Shown here one piece after another: positions 39,877 to 48,260 of a stretch of 64,000 nt of DNA. The notes beneath the pieces were generated by a model. That model made no database searches, was not told the DNA's origin, and saw nothing but the letters and a program-made list of their open reading frames with translations. The translations under genes and the position numbers were made by a program. Each line of letters opens with the position of its first letter. Position 1 is the first letter of the stretch. The DNA comes from an uncultured Gammaproteobacteria bacterium (lineage in GTDB: Bacteria; Patescibacteriota; Patescibacteriia; UBA11705): contig CAZQEI010000003.1 of NCBI GenBank assembly GCA_964592195.1, positions 20,174 to 84,173 on the forward strand, given 5' to 3'.

Positions 39877-40848
39877 TTAGTTACAATATCTATTAATCAC
39901 CATCTTTACATTATGACTGCCACAAGAAAGCATATTCGATTCATTGAAGACTGATAGTCTCATTGTTACGTTACCCGAATTTCTTTGTTCACGAATATTA
40001 AGGCAGGATATCTGTTGAACACTTCCCAAATCGCTATGACTATTTGTCCTAGTTAAAAAAGTTCTTCTGCTCATAAATGGTCCCAGTAATACAGCGTCAT
40101 AAAGAACTTCAGACAAACTAGGAAGGAAATTATTTAGTATTGGCAAACTTATTAGGTCAGCTTTATGCGTATAACCAGGGTGTTGATCTAAAAATTGATT
40201 AGCAGCTACACGCGCTTTATATATATCCGTTTGTGGAACAAAAACATTAATTTTCTCATTAAACCAATCCAGTAATGCCGGGAAGGAACTAAAATCACTC
40301 ATATCAATACTATCTACATATGGGCCGCAGAGCGCCCAGCCAGTGCGCGGGGCTCTTTCACTTAGTGCCACTGCAGAACTGCTCATTAATTGGATGTCTG
40401 TTTTAACCGGAAATCTCGTTTTCCAAACCGCTTGCAATCTATCAATATCTAAAGCCTCTCCCTCTGGTATTTCTCCCACACGTAAAATCAAACTAAACCC
40501 CAACTCTTTTGCATATATTAATTCCTGTTCTGAAAAATTTATCGCTGGGATATTTTTTTTGGGAATATCACTTTTGAATGCATATTTAATTTCTTTTGGT
40601 CCTAAAAAATGACCTTCACCCATAATCTCTAGAGCACGTCCCATTGTTACATTGCCAATAACCTCTTTACCCATATTGTTAATAGGCAACCGCCCCAACT
40701 GCGCCAACATTTCTTTCACCTGCTCCGCTGACGGTGGTTTACCATTGTTGCTTTTAACAATTTCATGCAATCGACTCGAAACTTCCGCGTAGGTGTGAGC
40801 TACGGGTAAATCAGTTGGTAAGGTTAATTTTGAGATATTTTCCGGCAT
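39877..40848 (-). CDS. Array A paralog
   Basis: Same leader and core motifs. Confidence 0.85.
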   Translation of the reverse strand: MPENISKLTLPTDLPVAHTYAEVSSRLHEIVKSNNGKPPSAEQVKEMLAQLGRLPINNMGKEVIGNVTMGRALEIMGEGHFLGPKEIKYAFKSDIPKKNIPAINFSEQELIYAKELGFSLILRVGEIPEGEALDIDRLQAVWKTRFPVKTDIQLMSSSAVALSERAPRTGWALCGPYVDSIDMSDFSSFPALLDWFNEKINVFVPQTDIYKARVAANQFLDQHPGYTHKADLISLPILNNFLPSLSEVLYDAVLLGPFMSRRTFLTRTNSHSDLGSVQQISCLNIREQRNSGNVTMRLSVFNESNMLSCGSHNVKMVINRYCN

Positions 40849-40854
40849 ATTGAG

Positions 40855-41820
40855 CTACACTCTGACGTTACCAAATTTATTAATTGATAAAAATACTTTA
40901 TGCATAGAAAAACTATCTAAAGAAGGTAAAATATCATAATTTAACACCCTAGGTTGTGTTAACTGTTGAGAATTATCGTCTTTAAAGTCACAAACATAAG
41001 GATAAACAGTTGTTCCCATTGTTTTATTGAAAAAGAATGAACTGGTCATCAAATTATTAGAAGTTTTTCTAGATGCCGGCAACACCGCTTTATCATATAT
41101 AACTTCAACAAGTCTAGGCACAAATCTTCTAAGAACAGGATAGTCCATAATCAAAGGTCCATTTTCTTGTGTAAACAACTGGTTGCTAACATCCAAATCA
41201 AATTTTTCCAGTTCCTCAAGTTTAAGATCACCTAACATCTCAACAAACCATTTATAAAACTCGCGATTATTATCAGTATCAGGGACAGGAATTGGTTCTC
41301 CGCACAAAGCCCAACCACGCCGAGGAGTTGCAACATAATTATATTTATCTTGAAGACTGCTAATCAAATCATCGACTTGGTATTGAGAAGTTAGAAAGCG
41401 AAAAAGATAACGTAAGTTGATAAAACTCATTGATCCATCAGACTGAGTCGCTATATCCCACCTTAAAATTAAATACTGGCCCTTCTCCTTTGCCAATCGC
41501 AATTCTTCCGTAGAAAACGGGATGGGAGGAATTTGGTCATTTGATATTTCAATTCCTAAAGTCTTTTTAATCTCAGCCGGACCGAAAAAATTTTCATTCC
41601 CAATTACCTCTCGAGCCAGTCTCAAACTCATTTCTTTTTCACTATCTCCCGTAGAGGTCAAACGCTCCAATTGTTTTAACATAAACTTCACCTGTTCCGG
41701 TGACGGTGGTTTACCATTATTTCCCTTAACAATATCATGCAAGAGACTCGAAACTTCCGCGTAGGTGTGAGCTACGGGTGAATTGTCAGGTAAAGTTAAA
41801 TATGATTCACTTCTTGGCAT
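40855..41820 (-). CDS. Array A paralog
   Basis: Same leader and core motifs. Confidence 0.85.
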   Translation of the reverse strand: MPRSESYLTLPDNSPVAHTYAEVSSLLHDIVKGNNGKPPSPEQVKFMLKQLERLTSTGDSEKEMSLRLAREVIGNENFFGPAEIKKTLGIEISNDQIPPIPFSTEELRLAKEKGQYLILRWDIATQSDGSMSFINLRYLFRFLTSQYQVDDLISSLQDKYNYVATPRRGWALCGEPIPVPDTDNNREFYKWFVEMLGDLKLEELEKFDLDVSNQLFTQENGPLIMDYPVLRRFVPRLVEVIYDKAVLPASRKTSNNLMTSSFFFNKTMGTTVYPYVCDFKDDNSQQLTQPRVLNYDILPSLDSFSMHKVFLSINKFGNVRV

Positions 41821-41821
41821 A

Positions 41822-43219
41822 TTAAATAAAACGTTCCACGGATTTGGGATGATAAATTCTTAATCCTGCCAAAACAACTCCCAGCGGTATCCACATTCTC
41901 GGTAAATAGTATGAGGTAGAAAATAACTCAAAGAAAATTATTCCCACTGTTAACATTATCAAACACAAAATATAATATCTTTCTTGTTCACGAAACGCCT
42001 GGAAATAGGCACGGACTAAACTGGTTATAATATAGATTAATAAACCGCAGAAACTAATTAAACCTAAAATACCTTGTTCAACAATTAACTTTTGCACAAA
42101 ACCATGAGAATCCAGAGGATCGCCAAAATCCACCACGTAAACAAACGTTGCCCCAATAATATTCATAAACGATCCGACACCATTACCAATAATCGGATGT
42201 TCTAGAAAAGCGTTCCAAGCAATCTCGGACAACGCCAAACGGTTAACATTGGAACTTTGCACGAAGTCAATATTTTGCCAAACAGAGAAATATATAGTTA
42301 ATGGAATCGCAATAATTAAAACCAAGGTACTCCAAAAAACTTTTGGTTTAATTCTTTTTTTCAACCAAAACACCGAAAATATTATTATCTCCAATAACAA
42401 AGCTAAATATCCAGAACGTGATAAAGTTAACAATAGAATTAACAACAAAAATATAATAGACAACAACCACCAACCTTGACCGCGATAGGAATGCGTTTGA
42501 GGTAATAAAAATAAAATTAAAGGTAACGTCACAACAATAATTTCCGCCACCGCATTTTGATTGCCACCCACTGGTTCAAAACCAGAGAAGTTGAATGGCA
42601 CCGCGCGCCCAATAAACGATTGATTATTACTAAATAAAACAGAAAGTGCACCTAAAAATCCAACTATCAAACCCGTTACAATCATTATTTTCAAAACCCG
42701 TTTAAATTGATCAGAGGTTTTTATTAGATTAAAAGGTAAATACACAAACATTAAATAGAAAAAAGCTAATGGACGTAGTAAATACTTAATGGCTAAACCA
42801 ATAAATTCAGCATTGAACATGGACAATAAACCGGACAACAAAAAAGCCACAATAAATAATACCCCTGGGAAATCTTTTAACCGCGGTTTCGCCGTCTTCC
42901 AGTTAACCATGGTTTTAACTATAAACCCAACCAATACTAGGATAGCCATCAAATCCACATAAGGCACATTCACTGATCCCCAAACAAATTGCCAACCAAT
43001 ATAGGGATACAAGAAAATCATTAAATAAAAAAGCCACTGATTCAAAAATATCCCAGCGGCCACGCCAATAATTACAACGTTAATAAAACCCAACAATTTC
43101 CAATCAATCAAATTGACGGCAATTAAATTGAATAAAACCAAAACAAACAACGAAGACAATAACCACTTGGCTGATAGCTCTGCCAGTTTTTCTTTATGCC
43201 AAAAATTGAGTAAATTCAT
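41822..43219 (-). CDS. O-antigen ligase/polymerase (Wzy_C) family membrane protein
   Basis: TLSRSGYL, SN.NR..L...AW..FLEHPIIGNGVG, H....L.VEQGILG. Confidence 0.88.
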   Translation of the reverse strand: MNLLNFWHKEKLAELSAKWLLSSLFVLVLFNLIAVNLIDWKLLGFINVVIIGVAAGIFLNQWLFYLMIFLYPYIGWQFVWGSVNVPYVDLMAILVLVGFIVKTMVNWKTAKPRLKDFPGVLFIVAFLLSGLLSMFNAEFIGLAIKYLLRPLAFFYLMFVYLPFNLIKTSDQFKRVLKIMIVTGLIVGFLGALSVLFSNNQSFIGRAVPFNFSGFEPVGGNQNAVAEIIVVTLPLILFLLPQTHSYRGQGWWLLSIIFLLLILLLTLSRSGYLALLLEIIIFSVFWLKKRIKPKVFWSTLVLIIAIPLTIYFSVWQNIDFVQSSNVNRLALSEIAWNAFLEHPIIGNGVGSFMNIIGATFVYVVDFGDPLDSHGFVQKLIVEQGILGLISFCGLLIYIITSLVRAYFQAFREQERYYILCLIMLTVGIIFFELFSTSYYLPRMWIPLGVVLAGLRIYHPKSVERFI

Positions 43220-43471
43220 ACTCGATCGGGTATTAAGTTATGGTGAAATTATACCATAATTACCAAGCATCTACAAATCAATTACAAATCTACGAACACG
43301 ATTAAATACATGGCTACGGATGCTACCGATTGCAAAAATTAATAAGTTCTTCTACCGATGCTACTGATACAATAAACTAATTATCAAATAATTCTTCGAT
43401 CCGTAGTATCAGTAGTATAGATCTGTAGCATCTGTAGTCATGTAATCTGGCTCGGGATAATTCAACAAATG

Positions 43472-43496
43472 AAAAAGCCCCGACGATAACGGGGCC
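43472..43496 (-). terminator. Intrinsic terminator of the high-GC gene
   Basis: GGCCCCG-TTATCGT-CGGGGCT plus T-tract on the minus strand. Confidence 0.8.
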
Positions 43497-43522
43497 TTAG
43501 TTGAGAACGTTAAAGAACTTGA

Positions 43523-45853
43523 CTACTTGTTACAGGACAGCCCGTAGAAGTGAGCCGTCTGCTTACCGCCACCGTCAGGGTGCGCGGTAATGGTGGGGGT
43601 GGAACTGCACTCGAGGAGGGCCTTGTCGCCGCTTCCCCACACGCAGTTGAAGTCGAACACGGGAACGGGAGAATCCCAGCTGCAGAGGTCTCCGACGGTC
43701 GAACCGGTGAAGGTGCCGCCGTTCACGATCTGGATCGAGGTCTGGCCGTGCCACACCATGACCGCATCGTATCCGGACGGACACGTGATCTTGCACGTGA
43801 CCTTGCTGGGATCGACATCGCACTTGCCAGCCACGCAGGACAGGGATCCGCACTCGGAGTCTGTCGTGCAGGAACTGGTGAAGGCGCAGGTGTTGGCGAC
43901 GCAGTGATCGTAGGTCAGCGGGTTGTTGTCGTTGCACTGGCTGTCGCTGGAGCAGGTCTTGCACAGCGACTGCACATCATGATGGCACTGGGTGCCGGTA
44001 GAGAACATGTTGGTACCGACGCAGGAGTCGACCGTGCACGCGTCGCCGTCGTTGCAGTCGAGGCTGTCGAGGCACTCGCCGCAGAACGCGCGCGAGTACT
44101 TCTGGAGCGACGTGGCCGTGTAGTCGGCGTAGAGGCAGGTCAGCGGCAGATTGCCACCGCATCCCAGATCCGCGACTCCCACGTCAGGCGTTCCCGAGGT
44201 CGGCACGTACGGCTTGCACGCCTGGCAGAACTTCTGTCCGCCATGGTACGAGTCGGTCGTGCAGTAGTGACCGGTGGCGTTGCCCACGCAGTCGGCGTCG
44301 GTATCGCACTGGGTCAGGTCGGCCTGGCAGTTGGTCTTGGCCACGAACTGGCACTGACCGGCGTTGCAGGTATCGGTGGTGCAGAACTGGCCGTCGTCGC
44401 AGTTGACATCGGCCACGCACTCGCGGCACTGGTTGCCTTCGCACCCGAGGGGGCACTCCAGCAGATCCGAGTACTCGCAGAGGCCGTCGGTCTGGCACTC
44501 GCCGCTCGCCTTGGCCAGGTGAGCGGCATCCACGCAGTAGTCCTGGTCGAGGCACTGGCTGTCGGCGGTGCACTTCTTGCACACCAACTTCATCGGGTGC
44601 TGGCATTCGCCATCGACACACGAATCGTCGGAGCACGGGTTCGCGTCATCGCAGTCGGCGTTGTTCACGCAAGCACCGAGGCACTTCGCGTTCTCGCAGC
44701 CGTTCGCGCAATGCTGCCACGTCCGCTGACACACGCCCTCGATACACTCACCGTTGAAGGTGTAGAGCACCGTGGTGGCGGTGGTCGAGCAGACCTTGGC
44801 GTTGTTCTGGCACTGCGAATCGTTGACGCACGCCGTGCAGTTCTCGATATCCGAGTAGAAGCACCGGGCCGCGTCGCAATATCCAGTCTGACACGCGTTG
44901 CCTTCGTTGCAGTCGATGTCGGCTGCACACTGAGGCGGCAGAACGTGGCAGTTCGGGATCGCGACGTGCTTGCACACGCCGCTGTTGAACGAATCGGTCG
45001 TACACGCGTCACCGTCGTCGCAGTTGAAGTCGACGCAGGCGCCGTTGACGCAGTACTCCCAGGTCGCCCCTGAAGTGCACGGCACGTAGTCCGGCTTGTC
45101 ATGCCGAACGCACGTACCGTTCACGCACTTGTCCGGGAGCGTGTTGTCCGCGCCCGTGCAGGGGTTGTGGTCGTCGCAGTCGAGGTCGGTCGCGCACTGG
45201 TTGCACGCGCTCAGAGGCGTGTGCGAACACGAATACGAATCCGTCCCCGTGCTGGTGCACACGTCCGCCGTGCACGGGTTGTTGTCCGAGCACACGATCG
45301 ACGAGTTGACGCACTGGCCGTTGATGACCGCGTCGGCCGTGCACGGGTTGGCGTCGTAGCAGCCGCCCGCGACGGTGTTGTTCTTGCACTCGACGGAATG
45401 GCACAGGCCATTCTCTCCGCCGATGAAGCAACCTTGACCGTCGGGCTTCGCCGCTCTGGCGCACTGTTCGTTCACGCAGGCGTCGAGCGTGCAGGTGTTG
45501 CCGTCTTCACACGCAACCGGGTTGCAGACCACGGGGGTGGTCTCTTCCTCGGTCTCGTTGGTGTCGACGGACTGCAGATCGCAACCTCGCGGGCCGCACT
45601 GCGGATTCGTGTCGGTGGGATCGGTGGTGTCGGCAGGCGAAACATCGCAGCCTCGCGGGCCGCACACTTCGACCGAAGCCTCGTCCGTCACGTCACCCGA
45701 CGTGCCGGGGTGAAAGGGCTCGGGAGTGTCCGACTCATCGGTCACGTCCGCGCCATTGCCGGGGTTGTTGGGATCGTTGGCTTCCGAACCGGTCACACAA
45801 CCGGCGAGCGCGAGCACCAGAACCGCGAGCAGAGCGAAAACGGACAGCTTCAT
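43523..45853 (-). CDS. High-GC cysteine-rich repeat lipoprotein (CDDxNxCTxDxC repeats)
   Basis: GGAGG SD before ATG 45853; lipobox LAGC; many CxDxNxCTxDxC and CxxDxDC repeats. Confidence 0.88.
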   Translation of the reverse strand: MKLSVFALLAVLVLALAGCVTGSEANDPNNPGNGADVTDESDTPEPFHPGTSGDVTDEASVEVCGPRGCDVSPADTTDPTDTNPQCGPRGCDLQSVDTNETEEETTPVVCNPVACEDGNTCTLDACVNEQCARAAKPDGQGCFIGGENGLCHSVECKNNTVAGGCYDANPCTADAVINGQCVNSSIVCSDNNPCTADVCTSTGTDSYSCSHTPLSACNQCATDLDCDDHNPCTGADNTLPDKCVNGTCVRHDKPDYVPCTSGATWEYCVNGACVDFNCDDGDACTTDSFNSGVCKHVAIPNCHVLPPQCAADIDCNEGNACQTGYCDAARCFYSDIENCTACVNDSQCQNNAKVCSTTATTVLYTFNGECIEGVCQRTWQHCANGCENAKCLGACVNNADCDDANPCSDDSCVDGECQHPMKLVCKKCTADSQCLDQDYCVDAAHLAKASGECQTDGLCEYSDLLECPLGCEGNQCRECVADVNCDDGQFCTTDTCNAGQCQFVAKTNCQADLTQCDTDADCVGNATGHYCTTDSYHGGQKFCQACKPYVPTSGTPDVGVADLGCGGNLPLTCLYADYTATSLQKYSRAFCGECLDSLDCNDGDACTVDSCVGTNMFSTGTQCHHDVQSLCKTCSSDSQCNDNNPLTYDHCVANTCAFTSSCTTDSECGSLSCVAGKCDVDPSKVTCKITCPSGYDAVMVWHGQTSIQIVNGGTFTGSTVGDLCSWDSPVPVFDFNCVWGSGDKALLECSSTPTITAHPDGGGKQTAHFYGLSCNK

Positions 45854-46071
45854 GGACCCTCCTTGCATCCAGACCTTCGAGAAGGGCTGGACTTCCCGGT
45901 TCAAACGGGAATCGGTTGTACAGGAACACTCTGGGTGTTAAGCCCATTAAGATTTACCCGAGTTATTCACAGTCAAATTGGACAGACCTAGCCAAAGTCG
46001 TAAAATATCAATATTAGACACCAGTAATCTCAGTCGTTTTTTCCGGTAAATTTTAATGTTTTTAACTATAT

Positions 46072-46100
46072 AGTATAGCAAATTTTTAGCATTTTGTCAA
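46072..46100 (-). promoter_or_regulatory. sigma70 promoter TTGACA-17-TATACT about 220 nt upstream of the Cys-rich gene
   Basis: Spacing counted; TG extension. Confidence 0.75.
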
Positions 46101-46178
46101 CCATTTTCAACACCCAACAACCCTTAGTGTTCTTTGACTACAAACAATGGCTAAAATTAGCCAAAAAGGAGGCGCCAC

Positions 46179-46673
46179 TTGGCCAGTGCCAGTACCAATC
46201 CTCACCAGAAAACTAAGCATCACCTCTACCCCACCTCCAGATGCAAAATCAAGGAAGTTAAAGGTCGAAAAAACCTTCGTGTGGTAGAGCGTCGCTTTCA
46301 TGAGGCTTGGCACTCACTATTTTACAACATGACACCCTTTGAAATCGTAGCCGGCATCATCAGACTGTGGGCGCCTGAAGGTTATTTCACCAAAGCCAAA
46401 ATTGTGGCTGAATGGGAAGACTGCCAATACGAATTCATTCTAGATGGTCCTCTGGATTTTCAATCAGAACGCATTCTCGCTTGTTATGAAAATTCCGTAT
46501 TAAAAAAGAAGCATCTATGGCATGTCTTGTTCCGGAATAAATCATTCCTCGATGTCATCAGTGAAGTCGTCAATGTCTGGGCCCCTCCGGATTTTTTTGA
46601 ACTAGTGGAAGTGGAAGCGAAAGAGAAGAATCAAGTATTGAAGTTTTCTTATGAAAAGAAACAACTGTCCTAA
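46179..46673 (+). CDS. HNH-like protein with an internal duplication
   Basis: HHLYPTSR...NL.VV....HEAWH; WHxLFxN....I...WAP..F occurs twice; AGGAGG SD. Confidence 0.65.
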   Translation: MASASTNPHQKTKHHLYPTSRCKIKEVKGRKNLRVVERRFHEAWHSLFYNMTPFEIVAGIIRLWAPEGYFTKAKIVAEWEDCQYEFILDGPLDFQSERILACYENSVLKKKHLWHVLFRNKSFLDVISEVVNVWAPPDFFELVEVEAKEKNQVLKFSYEKKQLS

Positions 46674-46688
46674 ATGGGGCAGTTTTTT
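46663..46688 (+). terminator. Intrinsic terminator overlapping the stop codon
   Basis: AACTGTCC..GGGCAGTT plus T-tract. Confidence 0.65.
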
Positions 46689-46860
46689 GTTGAGCTACGA
46701 ATAACAAATCAGCTACGAATCTACGTATCGGAAAACTTAAACGCTATAGCTTTAAATCTGATTTCTTACAAATGAAACTGTTTTTGTTGAGCTACGAATA
46801 ACGTATCCGCTACGAATCTACGTATCGGAAAATTGTAACACTACAAATTTAAATCTGGTT
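46684..46860 (+). repeat. Two direct repeats (97-bp period) containing GCTACGAATAACAAATCAGCTACGAATCTACG
   Basis: Units start at 46684 and 46781. Confidence 0.88.
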
Positions 46861-47263
46861 TTGTAAAGACAGAAATACTATTCAAAACACGTTGGAACTT
46901 AACACCCTCCTTAGTTAAACAAAACAAAATGCCAAGTTCGTGTCCCGTGCTTGATAAATATTTTTTAACCTGATCATAATCACTTTTCAATAATCTTTGT
47001 TTTACTTTTAATTCAACAACAATTTTACCTTCAACTAAAAAATCTAAATAATAATACCCAACTCTTTTTCCAGCATATTCTAACTTCTCATAAACTTGCT
47101 CTTTGTATTTGATCCCTTGCTGATCAAAAGCAGCTGCAAAAGCATTTTGATAAACACTTTCCGGATGATCTGGTCCAATTGTGTTAAATACATTAAAAGC
47201 AATTTTTACAATTCTATAACTTAAATCTGGATATAATATATTAGTATTATTTAATGTGCCCAT
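46841..47263 (-). CDS. GxxExxY family PD-(D/E)XK nuclease-like protein
   Basis: GPDHPESVYQ, YYLDFLVEGKIVVELK, Q...YL. Confidence 0.93.
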   Translation of the reverse strand: MGTLNNTNILYPDLSYRIVKIAFNVFNTIGPDHPESVYQNAFAAAFDQQGIKYKEQVYEKLEYAGKRVGYYYLDFLVEGKIVVELKVKQRLLKSDYDQVKKYLSSTGHELGILFCLTKEGVKFQRVLNSISVFTKPDLNL

Positions 47264-47449
47264 ATTATTTGTATATACACAGCTGATTTGTTATTGGTAG
47301 AAAGTCACAATTTTAATTTTATACATAATATTCGTAGATTCGTAGCTGATTGGTTATTGGTATAGGAAGTCACAATTTTAATTTTATGCATAATATTCGT
47401 AGATTCGTAGCTGATTTGTTATTGGTAGGAAGCCACAATTTTATAATAG
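47261..47449 (-). repeat. Three 61-65-bp direct repeats with the same core, inverted relative to 46684-46860
   Basis: Units 47261-47323, 47324-47388 and 47389-47449. Confidence 0.9.
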
Positions 47450-47457
47450 ATAAACTT

Positions 47458-47889
47458 CTAACCAATTCGCTCCCAACTTTCCACATTACCTCTAACAACA
47501 ATAAACAACGGATGTGGTTCAACTTTGTTTGTTAATTTAATTTCTTCAAACTGAACAGAATTTCTGTCTTTCAATTTTGTTAATAAATGTTGCCATTCGA
47601 AATCAATCTGTCCGCTTGTAACAGGAATTTGACTTATTAATTTATTATCAGCAAATTTACTTTGGTCAAACTTATATCGCCGACGAACACTTTCTTCAAA
47701 GATTACCGACAAATAATTATCAATAAAATAAACAGGATCATCCATTTTTTTAAATCGAATTAACTGCGGATGATTTTTATAACCAATAGTGTTGCCCAAT
47801 AAAACTTTTTTCGCCAACAAAGCCTCTCGCCAAACAGCGACTAAACCGGCGGGATCTAAATATTTTGGATGCAGACTCCACAATCTCAT
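47458..47889 (-). CDS. Pyrimidine dimer DNA glycosylase (T4 endonuclease V-like)
   Basis: MRLWSLHPKYLD..GLVA.WREALLA, GYKNHPQLIRF. Confidence 0.92.
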   Translation of the reverse strand: MRLWSLHPKYLDPAGLVAVWREALLAKKVLLGNTIGYKNHPQLIRFKKMDDPVYFIDNYLSVIFEESVRRRYKFDQSKFADNKLISQIPVTSGQIDFEWQHLLTKLKDRNSVQFEEIKLTNKVEPHPLFIVVRGNVESWERIG

Positions 47890-48254
47890 ATTTCAAAACT
47901 TATAGAATAAAATTTCATTATTAACCAAGCATGAATCAACGTTGCCACCATTAAAACCACAATATACACAATTTGACTTTTCTTATGCCGAAAAACAATC
48001 ATCCCCAACCACCCGCCAACAAAACCACCGACCAATGATAAACCATTCAAAATTATATTCGGAATTCTTAAGGCTCGACTGGTGGCGGCTAATTTATCGT
48101 AGGCGTAAAAAAAGAAAGTTAACAAACCACTTGTCATTAACCAAACTAAATACAAAGACCATCGCGTATACCACCAAATTCCCAAACCAAAAATCAACGA
48201 TAACGCTACGCTTGCAATTAACCAAAATTTGTATACGTTAAAATGTTTTCTCAT
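47886..48254 (-). CDS. DUF1294 membrane protein
   Basis: FFFYAYDK..A.....RIP...L...S..GG..G...GM..FRHK. Confidence 0.85.
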   Translation of the reverse strand: MRKHFNVYKFWLIASVALSLIFGLGIWWYTRWSLYLVWLMTSGLLTFFFYAYDKLAATSRALRIPNIILNGLSLVGGFVGGWLGMIVFRHKKSQIVYIVVLMVATLIHAWLIMKFYSISFEI

Positions 48255-48260
48255 AATTTT

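Noticed and set aside
37867-41820. Active diversity-generating retroelement
   Set aside because: No reverse transcriptase and no template/variable repeat pair differing only at adenines seen in the window
43550-45991. Long plus-strand ORFs (507 and 296 aa) and other alternative frames
   Set aside because: Antisense shadows of the GC-rich repeat gene; Ala/Val/Arg-rich with no recognisable motifs
47261-47449. Possible CRISPR array (~64-bp period)
   Set aside because: The would-be spacers are near-identical, so these are whole-unit tandem repeats; no cas genes in the window
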